Origin: an uncultured virus (IMG/VR IMGVR_UViG_3300037132_000149)
Lineage: Duplodnaviria; Heunggongvirae; Uroviricota; Caudoviricetes
IMG/VR virus record: IMGVR_UViG_3300037132_000149
Location: 45,402 to 65,401 of that record
Reading direction: 5' to 3' (one strand)
DNA: 20,000 nucleotides
The notes beneath the pieces were generated by a model. It was given only the letters and a program-made list of their open reading frames with translations. It searched no databases and was not told the DNA's origin. The position numbers and the translations under genes were made by a program. This document shows positions 1-8,468 of the stretch, piece by piece; the stretch's first letter is position 1, and every line of letters starts with the position of its first letter.

Positions 1-466
1 GGCCGGCATAGCTCGCGTCCACGGTTCCCACCACACCGTTGTTATAGGTCTGGAGGTAGGTGTCGCGGTCATGGCCCTGCTTCACTTTGGCGTCGGCGAC
101 CATGCGCGCGACGGGGTCGATCGCGGTCACCTGCGCGCCGCCCTTGGCGATGCGCTGCATCAACTCGGTCGCCGCAAACGCCGAGGTCATGGGCACGGGA
201 GCGATGATGAACTCCGCGTAGCCGGGGCCGAAGCCCTTGGGGTAGATGCCGCCGTCCGGCTGGTAGCCTCCGGTGTGCCCGCCGATGTTGAACTGGATCG
301 GGTGACGGAAGTCCTGCTCGCCGATTTCGCCGGCTTCTTTCGTAGCTGTCGAGAACATTTTCTCGAGAATCGAGTCCATGTTCTGGGTCAGCTCAATGTC
401 GCGTTGCACAACCTGCAGGTCCAGGGGCGCCTGGGCGACTGCGGTTGCAAAATCCTGAATTGCCAT
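1..466 (-). CDS. Probable major capsid protein, N-terminal part (runs off the window edge)
   Basis: Not in the ORF track. Manual translation from ATG at 466 gives MAIQDFATAVAQAPLDLQVVQRDIELTQNMDSILEKMFSTATKEAGEIGEQDFRHPIQFNIGGHTGGYQPDGGIYPKGFGPGYAEF..., open to base 1. AAGGA SD lies 9 nt upstream. It follows portal and scaffold, the usual capsid position. Confidence 0.75.
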   Translation of the reverse strand, partial: MAIQDFATAVAQAPLDLQVVQRDIELTQNMDSILEKMFSTATKEAGEIGEQDFRHPIQFNIGGHTGGYQPDGGIYPKGFGPGYAEFIIAPVPMTSAFAATELMQRIAKGGAQVTAIDPVARMVADAKVKQGHDRDTYLQTYNNGVVGTVDASYAG

Positions 467-675
467 GGTCTGGCATCCTTGCTGCCGTCAAAACCGGGCA
501 GGCTCGGGCTCACTCGCGTTGGTTGTGCACACGGCCGCATCATTGCGGCCGGTGGTTCGGTTCTGGCGTTGCCCTGCGAATTGCCCTGCGAAGTGGAACA
601 GAGTCGAGCCCATGGTGGTCTGACGCCCCCGGTAGGCGGTTACACGGTGACCGAACTCTTGTCTGCTCCCGATGC
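467..675 (-). promoter_or_regulatory. Structured intergenic leader of the capsid gene
   Basis: Hairpin cggccgca-tcat-tgcggccg (532-551); long-range stem 506-515 with 601-611; tandem 12-mer ttgccctgcgaa x2 (569-592); short stems around the SD. Confidence 0.4.
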
Positions 676-2412
676 TTACTTCCGGCCCGAACGCAGCCGG
701 TGATACTGGGTGATGATCCGGGCCTGCTTGTCGCCCGGGCTTGCCCCTGGGAAACCAGGGTCGGCCTTGGCCAGTTCTTCGGCCTTGGTCATCAGTTGCG
801 CTTCGGTCGCGCCCTGCGGCAGCGCCGAGCTCGCGCTCGTCGGCTCCGGCTGGACTGCGGCGGTCCGCGCGCCCAATCTTTGCGCCTGTTTGTCAGCGTC
901 GAGTTTCACCAGATTCTGGATCCGCTCGATCTCTTTGGTCACCAGGCCGGGGATCAGGTCCGCGGCCTTGCGCTGGTACCAGTCGGCGCGCATCTTGCGG
1001 GTTTGATCGTTCTGCGGCAGCAGTTCGTGCTGCGCAATCTCGAGCAGCGTCCTTGAGCCAGGCTGCATCAGCGCGTTCTCGAAGGCCGTGAAGATTCTGA
1101 CCACGATGTCTGCGGTCTTGGTTTCCTGGCCGTCGGCGCCCACGTATTTCTGCTGCAGGTAGAACTCGGGGATGTAGGTGCCCCCGTCGATCGCCTCTTT
1201 CAGGCGCTCGCCGATCACCTTGCCGGCCGAGCTTCCCATGTCGCTGCGCACGGCAGACTGGAACGTCGCGTTCTCGGCCGCCCTGGTTTCCTTGGTTGCT
1301 CCGGCCTTCCTGCCGGCCAACTCCTCGCGTTCCCTCGTCAACCGCGCCGCTTCCTCGGTGGCCCACTGTTTGAACTCGGGCGTCGCGTCGGCCGGAATCT
1401 CCGGCGCTTCGTCGGCGAAGTATTCGCCGCTCATGATCAGGGGCGCGATCTCGGCCCACATCTGGGCGTATTCGAGCCGGTCGAGCCGGCGCTGATCCAT
1501 CGAGCGCGCTTGCTCGTTCGGATAGACGCCGGTGTCCACCTTGGCCTTGAGTGCCGCGATCTTTGCCGTCATGTCGGCGTGGATGCTCGTCACTTCGCGG
1601 CCCACCACGGCGTCGATGAACGGCTTGCGGTCCGCCGCATAGGTTGGTTTGCCATCGGCTCCCATCACCGGCCTGCCGTCGGCCCCTACCACGGCGAACT
1701 GCGAGTCGAGCATCTCGAGCACCTGCGGCGCCGTCTCCGGAGCAACCGACAGGCGCATCGAGGCGGCCTTCAATCCCACCATGGCCGCCGAGTTTTCCTG
1801 CATGAACTCGGCGTCGGCTTTGGTTGGTACCAGGGCCAGCACCTCTTCGGCGCCGGCGAGTTTGCGGGCCATCGAGAAGACCTGACCCTTGAACTCCGGG
1901 TCGGCGTCGAGGAAGGCCTGCCGCTCGGGCTTCGCTGTGAGTAGGTCCGCCAGTTGCTTCGGGGTTGGCGGCGCTGCTTCCGGCGCTGCCGGTGCGGCTG
2001 CCTCGCCCGGTTTGGCTGGCTCGCCGGGCTTGGCGCCATCGGCCGGCTGCGCGCCGAGCTGGTCGGCTACGGCCTGGGCTGGCGGCTTCGCTGGTTCGGC
2101 TGCCGGTGCCGCGCCTGGCGCGGGCTGCGCGGCTTCCCACTCTCTGAGTTTGCGCAAGAACTCGACCTGCCCATCGCGGTTGCCTGGGAAGTCGGTGTTT
2201 TTCGGCTTCTCGCCGGCTGCCGCTGCCGCGGGTGCTGCCGGTGCGGCTGCTGGAGCAGCGGGCGCCGCGCCTGGGGCTGCGGGGGCTGCTGGGGGCGCTG
2301 CTGGTGCTGCGGGGGCCTGACTAGACGGCGCAGAGGATGGAGCGGCCGCGGGGGCCGCTGGAGCTGCTGCCGGTGCTGCTGCTGGCGCTGCTGGTACGAC
2401 TGGACTTGCCAT
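676..2412 (-). CDS. Probable capsid scaffolding protein
   Basis: 578 aa with a long Pro/Ala low-complexity N-terminus, helical charged body and short C-terminal helix. It lies directly upstream of the capsid gene. SD GAGGA. Confidence 0.65.
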   Translation of the reverse strand: MASPVVPAAPAAAPAAAPAAPAAAPSSAPSSQAPAAPAAPPAAPAAPGAAPAAPAAAPAAPAAAAAGEKPKNTDFPGNRDGQVEFLRKLREWEAAQPAPGAAPAAEPAKPPAQAVADQLGAQPADGAKPGEPAKPGEAAAPAAPEAAPPTPKQLADLLTAKPERQAFLDADPEFKGQVFSMARKLAGAEEVLALVPTKADAEFMQENSAAMVGLKAASMRLSVAPETAPQVLEMLDSQFAVVGADGRPVMGADGKPTYAADRKPFIDAVVGREVTSIHADMTAKIAALKAKVDTGVYPNEQARSMDQRRLDRLEYAQMWAEIAPLIMSGEYFADEAPEIPADATPEFKQWATEEAARLTREREELAGRKAGATKETRAAENATFQSAVRSDMGSSAGKVIGERLKEAIDGGTYIPEFYLQQKYVGADGQETKTADIVVRIFTAFENALMQPGSRTLLEIAQHELLPQNDQTRKMRADWYQRKAADLIPGLVTKEIERIQNLVKLDADKQAQRLGARTAAVQPEPTSASSALPQGATEAQLMTKAEELAKADPGFPGASPGDKQARIITQYHRLRSGRK

Positions 2413-2431
2413 CTTTTCCTCGTTTCGAGTT

Positions 2432-2447
2432 GGCCGCCGCGGCGGCC
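2432..2447. promoter_or_regulatory. 16-bp perfect palindrome GGCCGCCGCGGCGGCC, 19 nt upstream of the scaffold ATG
   Basis: Seen directly. A sister copy lies at 16671-16686. Confidence 0.45.
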
Positions 2448-2465
2448 GTTGGTCCTGCTGGTTGC

Positions 2466-2495
2466 CCCGGCCCCGCTTTTGAAGGCGGGGCCGGG
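2466..2495. other. GC-rich intergenic hairpin (11-bp stem)
   Basis: cccggccccgc-ttttgaag-gcggggccggg. There is no U-tract on the coding (minus) strand, so it is not a canonical terminator. Confidence 0.5.
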
Positions 2496-2506
2496 TGCCT
2501 GTCCGT

Positions 2507-3331
2507 TTATTGCTGCTCTTCTACCGGCTTGCCGCCTGCCTCTGGATCCCCGGCGTCGTCGACGGCGTCGAGGAAACTCTCGGCAACCGCTTCGGGCTCG
2601 GGTTCGGGCTCATTTTCCGGCTGCGCTTCCATGGTCTCGGCGACCGCCTCCGGCTCGAGGTGGGTCTGGCCCTCGTCGACGAAGGTCTGAGGTTCGGCGA
2701 CGACGACGCCTGACTCGGGCTGCGCCTGGGGCTCCTCACCCGGTTGCGCACCGCCGGCCGTTGCATCGGCGGCGGCCTTGTCGGCCGCGTCGGCGTCGAG
2801 ATCTTCGGCCGATGGGAGTTGCTGCTTCACGATGCCGGAGCTGAGGGCTTCGGCGAGGGCGCCCGGTGTGCGCAGCGCGCGTGCCATCGCGCTCGCCTGA
2901 ATGGCTTCGACGATTCTGTTCGAGGCCACCTTGTGCATCTCGACATCGGGATCGGCGATCAGCGCGAGCAAGGCCTCAACCTTGTCGAAGGGCTGCCAGC
3001 CGCTGGCCCTGGGGTTCGCGTTCATCTGCGCCTCGAGGTCCTTGGCGGCCTCGTCGCGTTCCGGGCCCGGCCGGAACTGGGCTGCGGCGGTCTGGCGCGC
3101 GTACTCGCCGGCAACGCCCAGGCGAATCGCGGCTGCGATCAGCATCGGGGCTCCGGTCACGGTTGACGGCACGCCGGCCTCGTCCAGGTAGATCAAGCTG
3201 AGGTGATGGCTGACCATCCTATACCCGGCGTGCATCCCGATTGCGGGACTGCCGAGCGCAACGGCGCGATACCCAACGCCACCGACCACGTACAACACGG
3301 GGTCGCCCTTCTTGATTGCTGCAAAGTCCAT
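2507..3331 (-). CDS. Hypothetical protein with acidic Glu/Pro-rich C-terminus
   Basis: 274 aa, GGAGGA SD, between portal and scaffold. It has a beta-rich N-terminal domain and a disordered acidic tail (PENEPEPEPEA). Confidence 0.8.
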   Translation of the reverse strand: MDFAAIKKGDPVLYVVGGVGYRAVALGSPAIGMHAGYRMVSHHLSLIYLDEAGVPSTVTGAPMLIAAAIRLGVAGEYARQTAAAQFRPGPERDEAAKDLEAQMNANPRASGWQPFDKVEALLALIADPDVEMHKVASNRIVEAIQASAMARALRTPGALAEALSSGIVKQQLPSAEDLDADAADKAAADATAGGAQPGEEPQAQPESGVVVAEPQTFVDEGQTHLEPEAVAETMEAQPENEPEPEPEAVAESFLDAVDDAGDPEAGGKPVEEQQ

Positions 3332-3345
3332 GACATTCCTCCGTT

Positions 3346-5907
3346 TTATTTTGCTCCGCCGGCGACCTTGAGAGTGTCGAGGGCGGTCTTGACGACATTG
3401 TTTGAAGCAGTGACCTGCGGGCCGATGGCCCCGTTCTTGCCCTGGGGCGGCAGCTCGGCGAGCTCGACCTCGCGGTCAACCATGGCCAGAGCCTTGCCCA
3501 GCAGTTCCTTGAGGGCCGCCTGGGCGCCCTGCTGTGTTGGATCGGGCGGAGGTGGCGGCGGCTGGCCGGCAGCGCGCACCTTGAGTTCGAGGTTGGCTTT
3601 GCGCACGCCCTGCGTGGTCTGCATGTCCTGGCACATGCCGAAGTAGCGCTCGACCTGCGACCATCCGATGGGATTTTTGACGCGCAGGTCGGCGTTTTCG
3701 ATCATGAACTCCTGAATGGTCGGAATCACGATCGAGTAATCCCAGAGCACGGAGGGTTCGACGGGCAGCTTCACGCCGATCGAGCCGTCCGGCATCTCTA
3801 TCGGCATGCCCGGCTGCTCGAGCAGCACGTTCACATCCTGGAGGGTTTGGGCGCGCTGCGCCTTGACCGGCGAGACCACGTTCGGGTAGAGACGGCTGGC
3901 GATGGTGTCCTGGTTCGCCGGCACGTCGAGGATGCGCTGCGCTGCCGGGTTGCCCTTGGTCAGCCCATCCATCAGGTGCTCGAAACTCTCGCGCTCCTGC
4001 TCGGCGGTCAGCGGCATATCCTGGTCCTCGTCGGGGTAGACTTTAACGCGGCCGCGCATCTTCTCGAGGTTGACGTAATTGTTGCGGAACTGCGAGCCCT
4101 GGTCTTCGACGACTTCCCATATCTCCTTCGCGGCGCCGCACTTGAGCAGCTTTTGCAGGCACTCGATTGCGTTCTCGGCGGCCTGTGCGTGCTCCTCCTT
4201 CACATTCTCCCAGTACGGGGCCATGCCCAGGTTCGCCTGGCCGAGCTGCATATTCTGGCCGCCATAGGTCTCAACGTCGGGGTTGGTGCCGGCGCCTGCC
4301 AGTTGCGGCGGCATGCCGTTCAGCAGTTGCGCAAACATCCAGAGCATCTGCGGGTAGAGCGCGAGGCCCGGGTTCACGGGGATGTCGAAGTGCATGAAGG
4401 CTTCTGACATCGGCCGTTTGTCGCCCGCGCCAAACTTCATCGGCACCGGCAGCACCGTCGCCGGGGCCAGCGTGTTGCCCTTCCACTTGTCGGTGTCGAT
4501 CCTCGAGCCGTCCACCAGGTTGAGCCCGCAGGCCGCCCGCATCATGTAGTCGTCGTAGAGCTGCATCGCGGAGTTGAACCGCTCGTTGAAACTGACCACG
4601 TTTTCGGCGATCGAGATCGAGTACACGCCAAACTTCTCGTGCAGCCGGCAGAGCGTCCACTCCTTGACCAGCGTGGCCTTCTTCACCGCGACGACTTTGG
4701 ACCCGATCATCGAAATCTTGATCCCGTCAGGCGCTGCCGCCGTCATGCGGTCGGCGTAGTCCTTGTCGCCTTTGCGCCGGTAGGCCATGGGCTGCACCCA
4801 GACCTGCGAGAACGTCGGCCGCTGCTGGTCGGTGTCCGAGGTGTAGGCCGTGCCCATCGAGTAGCTCTCGTTGCGGCGCAGCCGGTCGTAGTCGGCGATC
4901 GACGAGGTGGAGGCGACCGCGCCCTCCTTGATGTCTTCCCACGCCGCCGGGAACATCATGCGCGCCTCGCCCACGTCGATCTCCATATCGAACGCGAGCA
5001 GCGGCACGCCGGCCAAATCCTTGGCCTGGGGGTCGGTGTCGATCTCAAGGCCTGAGTGGATTGACTGCTTTACCATGGCCCGCGGAATTTTCTGGACTCC
5101 GGTCACGGTGAGCACGTTTCTGGGCGGCCCGGCTTCCATATAGTCCTGGGGTCCCATCCTGGCCGAGCACCCGGGGCAGCTAAAGTTCGTGTCGTCGCCG
5201 GCGCCGAGCTGATCGAGCGGCGTTTCCTTGCCGCATTTTGGGCAGTGCATGCGCTCGGGCACGTCGATCGTCATCTCGCCCAGCACCGGCTGCGTGTCGT
5301 AGCCAGACCAGGCGCCGTCGAGCACGCCGCGGGTGTACTTGAAGTAGGAGCCGTACAGGTAGAGGAACTCGAACTCGCCGCGGGTCATCTGCCGGATTCC
5401 GTTGCGCCGTTCGATGATGCCGATGGCGTCCTGCGCGGCCTCGGCGGTGGTCAGGTCGGCGAGCACGCGCGCGTCCTGCGGCCGCACGATGGTCATCGGC
5501 ACCTCGCGACTCATGTTGCCGATAAAGGTCTGGCCGAGCATCAGGGTGACCGGGTGAATAAACCGCTCGAGGCCGGTCGACTCGCCCTGGCGCACCTTGT
5601 CCGAGCCCTGGTACCAGGCTAGCGAATCGACCCAGTTGCCGGCCTGCTCGTTCCAGTCCAGCACCTGCACGCCGCGATACATCAGCACGTTCTTCATCCA
5701 TATCCGCATGCGCTGCAGCCGGTCCATCGACCACTGGTTGCGGTACATGGTGATGATCGAGACGGTCTGGTTGATGTCCTCTTCGCTGAGGTCGAGCTCG
5801 ATCCACTGGTTCTCGGCCGGGCGCTGCTCGGGGTTCTCTCCTGAGATTGCGGCAACCTTGGATCCAGTTGAGCCTGGAAGCGTAACCGGGATGATGCTTG
5901 CACCCAT
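3346..5907 (-). CDS. Probable portal protein with zinc-ribbon insertion
   Basis: 853 aa upstream of scaffold and capsid. It has the portal-like segment MSREVPMTIVRPQD...DLTTAEAAQDAI, CPKC...CPGC motifs, and a helical/Pro-rich C-terminus as in P22-like portals. Confidence 0.75.
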   Translation of the reverse strand: MGASIIPVTLPGSTGSKVAAISGENPEQRPAENQWIELDLSEEDINQTVSIITMYRNQWSMDRLQRMRIWMKNVLMYRGVQVLDWNEQAGNWVDSLAWYQGSDKVRQGESTGLERFIHPVTLMLGQTFIGNMSREVPMTIVRPQDARVLADLTTAEAAQDAIGIIERRNGIRQMTRGEFEFLYLYGSYFKYTRGVLDGAWSGYDTQPVLGEMTIDVPERMHCPKCGKETPLDQLGAGDDTNFSCPGCSARMGPQDYMEAGPPRNVLTVTGVQKIPRAMVKQSIHSGLEIDTDPQAKDLAGVPLLAFDMEIDVGEARMMFPAAWEDIKEGAVASTSSIADYDRLRRNESYSMGTAYTSDTDQQRPTFSQVWVQPMAYRRKGDKDYADRMTAAAPDGIKISMIGSKVVAVKKATLVKEWTLCRLHEKFGVYSISIAENVVSFNERFNSAMQLYDDYMMRAACGLNLVDGSRIDTDKWKGNTLAPATVLPVPMKFGAGDKRPMSEAFMHFDIPVNPGLALYPQMLWMFAQLLNGMPPQLAGAGTNPDVETYGGQNMQLGQANLGMAPYWENVKEEHAQAAENAIECLQKLLKCGAAKEIWEVVEDQGSQFRNNYVNLEKMRGRVKVYPDEDQDMPLTAEQERESFEHLMDGLTKGNPAAQRILDVPANQDTIASRLYPNVVSPVKAQRAQTLQDVNVLLEQPGMPIEMPDGSIGVKLPVEPSVLWDYSIVIPTIQEFMIENADLRVKNPIGWSQVERYFGMCQDMQTTQGVRKANLELKVRAAGQPPPPPPDPTQQGAQAALKELLGKALAMVDREVELAELPPQGKNGAIGPQVTASNNVVKTALDTLKVAGGAK

Positions 5908-6275
5908 CAGTTCGGTCTCCTGCCGTTCAAAGCAAAGGTGCCGTTGGCCAGCGCCGTGCGCGCGGCCTCATGAACGTCGTCAAAGCTGATCTGCCGCTTC
6001 GGGGCCGGCGCCGAAGATTCCGGCGGCGCGGCCGCAGTCGCGACCGCCCGTTCATAGATCGGCGGCTGTCCGCTCAGTTGCGCGATGCGGTCGGTCAAGA
6101 TCCGGCGTTCCTGCTCGGCCGTATCGGCCCGCGCGTTTGCTGCCGCAATCAGCGCTGCGTCGCGAGCCTCGGCCAGCTCGCGGGCGGCTTCGGCCTTGGC
6201 GGTTGCGCTCTCGGCAATCCTTACCCAGGCCTCTGCGGCGTCCAGCCTCGCTCTCGAAACCAACGGCCATCTCAT
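5907..6275 (-). CDS. Hypothetical coiled-coil protein
   Basis: Likely start ATG 6275 (MRWPLVSRARL..., 122 aa). ATGA overlap with the upstream ORF and TGATG overlap with the portal start. Ala/Glu/Arg helical composition. Confidence 0.7.
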   Translation of the reverse strand: MRWPLVSRARLDAAEAWVRIAESATAKAEAARELAEARDAALIAAANARADTAEQERRILTDRIAQLSGQPPIYERAVATAAAPPESSAPAPKRQISFDDVHEAARTALANGTFALNGRRPN

Positions 6276-6445
6276 GCGAATATCCCCATCAGCCAGGCAC
6301 CCAGCCTGGTCTCCGACGTTCCGGCATCCTGCCACTTGTCACCGACCCATATCAAGGTCAGGAAGAAGTCGGCGGTAATGCCGCGGCGCTCGCGAAACTC
6401 CGAGTACCAGCCGGCCCGAACGCGAACGTGCCAGGGCGCGGTCAT
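6272..6445 (-). CDS. Small hypothetical protein (57 aa), not in the ORF track
   Basis: MTAPWHVRVRAGWYSEFRERRGITADFFLTLIWVGDKWQDAGTSETRLGAWLMGIFA*. ATGA overlaps at both ends fill the gap exactly. Confidence 0.6.
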   Translation of the reverse strand: MTAPWHVRVRAGWYSEFRERRGITADFFLTLIWVGDKWQDAGTSETRLGAWLMGIFA

Positions 6446-6672
6446 ATCTTGCCTGCTCCGGAAGTGTTGCCTGTGCCGAGCACCGGCCGGCTCTTAATCA
6501 CAAGCTCTCTGATCAACGCGACCATGTTCATGTCCCATCCTGGCGGCGCAAACTTAGTCAGACCAAGGCTGCGCGCGTGTCGGAGGTGCTGCGCGCTTCT
6601 GCGCATCGCCTGGTCGTAGTTCAACTGGCACGCCTCGCAGGCCGTCTCCGGGTTGTGCTGGCAGCCGACCAT
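6442..6672 (-). CDS. Small hypothetical protein with N-terminal Cys/His cluster
   Basis: 76 aa, CQH...CEAC possible metal site. TAATG overlap with the upstream gene. Confidence 0.6.
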   Translation of the reverse strand: MVGCQHNPETACEACQLNYDQAMRRSAQHLRHARSLGLTKFAPPGWDMNMVALIRELVIKSRPVLGTGNTSGAGKI

Positions 6673-6893
6673 TATTTCTTGCGCTTCGCCTTCTCCCGCG
6701 CGCTCACCATGTCAAACTTCCGCTTGACCTTGCCGCGCACGCGGGCCTTCTCTTCCGGCGTGCCGTTCTCGCTCACCCTCGACAATGCGTTCGCCCCGTG
6801 GCTCCGGTCGGGAATCGGATAGGCGCGCTTCTCGGGAATGGCAAAAGCCGAGTCGGGCAGCGCGTCGCGGGTTGCCGTGGTCAGTTTCGCCAT
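6672..6893 (-). CDS. DUF6582-like small basic protein
   Basis: MAKLTTATRDALPDSAFAIPEKRAYPIPDRSHGANALSRV matches the recalled LPxSAFAxPxxRxYPIxDxxHAxNALxR pattern. GGAG SD. Confidence 0.75.
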   Translation of the reverse strand: MAKLTTATRDALPDSAFAIPEKRAYPIPDRSHGANALSRVSENGTPEEKARVRGKVKRKFDMVSAREKAKRKK

Positions 6894-6895
6894 CG

Positions 6896-7282
6896 TCAAT
6901 TCTCCGTCGCATCGATCAGGATCGCGGACGCGGTCTTGGACGTCACCACGCAGATCACGGTGCCGTGGGTGACCGGGCCGCCAGGGCAGACCGGGAACGG
7001 CGAGCTGCCGCCGTTGCCGATGGGCACCGTGTTGGGTGGGTGGTCGCCGGGGTACCCGGCAATCAGCACCGGCTCCTGCGTCGGACCCACTGCAATCGGC
7101 GGGCCGAGCACGTACAGGCCGTTGCCCTGCATGGTCGCGAGGCGGTAGATGAAGCCCTGGAGCACGCCGGCGTTGAGCGAGGCGTCCTCCTGCAGCGAGA
7201 TCCGGCTCGAGACCTGCGTGGTGCGAACGATGACTGCGGCGCCGCCAGCAACGGGCGCGGCGTACTGGGTTGTCTTTTGCAT
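6896..7282 (-). CDS. Hypothetical protein (beta-rich, possibly virion-associated)
   Basis: 128 aa, strong GAGGAG SD, fits the gap between endolysin and the DUF6582-like gene. Confidence 0.7.
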   Translation of the reverse strand: MQKTTQYAAPVAGGAAVIVRTTQVSSRISLQEDASLNAGVLQGFIYRLATMQGNGLYVLGPPIAVGPTQEPVLIAGYPGDHPPNTVPIGNGGSSPFPVCPGGPVTHGTVICVVTSKTASAILIDATEN

Positions 7283-7319
7283 TACCCTCTCCTCGTTGCC
7301 CTGCTCTGGCCCGTCTGTT

Positions 7320-7769
7320 TCATATCACCTGTGCCGGGGTATACGACCCCTGCCCGTTGGTTTCACCCACCAGCGCCTCGCGGCGTTGCGCGGCCTTGCC
7401 TGAGTCGTAACTGAGGTGCACGCAGGCCGGCGCACCCTTTGAGAACTCGAGGATGACCTGGTCGAATGGCAGTTTGCTGTCCAAGCGGATCCAGTCAAAC
7501 ACCGTCTGCAGGCCGCCCGTGACTGGCACGATCACGCGAATGTCTGCCGCCGCGTTGCCGGCCTCGTACAGGTGCTGCGAATCGCAAGCGCCACCGACGC
7601 GCGCGTTGTGCCCCGGGTCGCGGTAGCCGTCGTCGACCGCGATCGACCCAAACTTCGCGCGCACCGGCTCGAGCAGTTTCTCGCAGAGCACGGTGGCGTT
7701 CGCGATCAGCCGCTGTTCGCAGCCGGCGACCCCAAGCTCGGTGTCCGCAAAATGTGGCGAGAGTTGCAT
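7320..7769 (-). CDS. Peptidase M15A-type Zn metallopeptidase, probable endolysin
   Basis: LSPHF..E, GYR....NARVGG...SQH....AADI, FDQVILEF, VHLSY: the Zn-ligand pattern of Peptidase_M15_3. Confidence 0.9.
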   Translation of the reverse strand: MQLSPHFADTELGVAGCEQRLIANATVLCEKLLEPVRAKFGSIAVDDGYRDPGHNARVGGACDSQHLYEAGNAAADIRVIVPVTGGLQTVFDWIRLDSKLPFDQVILEFSKGAPACVHLSYDSGKAAQRREALVGETNGQGSYTPAQVI

Positions 7770-7793
7770 GAACTCTTCTCCCCGTCAAAATGC

Positions 7794-7858
7794 TCCGCGG
7801 GCCAGCCTACGACCGGCGGAGGATAGATCCGGCCGCGGCGATGCGGCTGGTCCGCGGA
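7794..7858 (-). promoter_or_regulatory. Long intergenic stem-loop upstream of the endolysin
   Basis: 14-nt outer stem tccgcgggccagcc / ggctggtccgcgga (one non-Watson-Crick position) plus an inner stem, followed on the minus strand by GCATTTT. Confidence 0.4.
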
Positions 7859-7863
7859 ACCTC

Positions 7864-8454
7864 TTACCTGCAGCTCTTGAGAGCCGCGCGCCGCAAAAAC
7901 ATCCTCTTTACCGCCATCGACTGCGAGGCCTGCGGATTGAAGAAATAGGTCAATCCGCTCGAGACTTCCCACGAGTTCTGCGTGCCCACTCGCAGCCAGT
8001 GAACGTCAAGCGTCGACAGTTGCAAAGCGGTATTCAGCCGGTAGGAGACGCCGCCGCCGGCCAGATAGGTGAACTGGCTGCCCGAGGCAAACGGCGAGAC
8101 GCCGAGCGCGCCCTGGGCGAATACCTGGAACGAATCGGCCGGCAGATTGGTCTTCTTGATCAGGGCGGAAATGTCAGGGGTTACCCGCACGCCGCCGAGG
8201 TAGGAGTTAAAGCCGAACGCGGGGCCAGCCACAATCTGGTGGCCCTCGATCGAGAGCGCATTGCCTTTGGACGCTCCCCAGTCGATCAGGTCGAGCGACT
8301 CGGTGGTGTGCGTTGCCACGCCCCAGGTGTTGTTATAGTGGAGTGCTGTCGCCTCGGCCGATGTCGAGAAGACGAGGCCCGACTGGGCCTGGATAGGCAG
8401 CGCGAAAACAAGAAGGCCGAGCAAGGCCCCCAGGGTTGAGATTAAACTCTTCAC
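7864..8454 (-). CDS. Secreted outer-membrane beta-barrel-like protein
   Basis: GTG start with GGGAGG SD and signal peptide (…LPIQA|Q). Alternating beta strands (FQVFAQGALGV, YLAGGGVSYRL, VSSGLTYFF) resemble 8-stranded OMP barrels. Confidence 0.65.
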   Translation of the reverse strand: MKSLISTLGALLGLLVFALPIQAQSGLVFSTSAEATALHYNNTWGVATHTTESLDLIDWGASKGNALSIEGHQIVAGPAFGFNSYLGGVRVTPDISALIKKTNLPADSFQVFAQGALGVSPFASGSQFTYLAGGGVSYRLNTALQLSTLDVHWLRVGTQNSWEVSSGLTYFFNPQASQSMAVKRMFLRRAALKSCR

Positions 8455-8468
8455 GGTGTTCCTCCCTT

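Noticed and set aside
1960..2400. gctgcc/gctgct/gccg short repeats
   Set aside because: Explained by the Pro/Ala low-complexity coding of the scaffold N-terminus.
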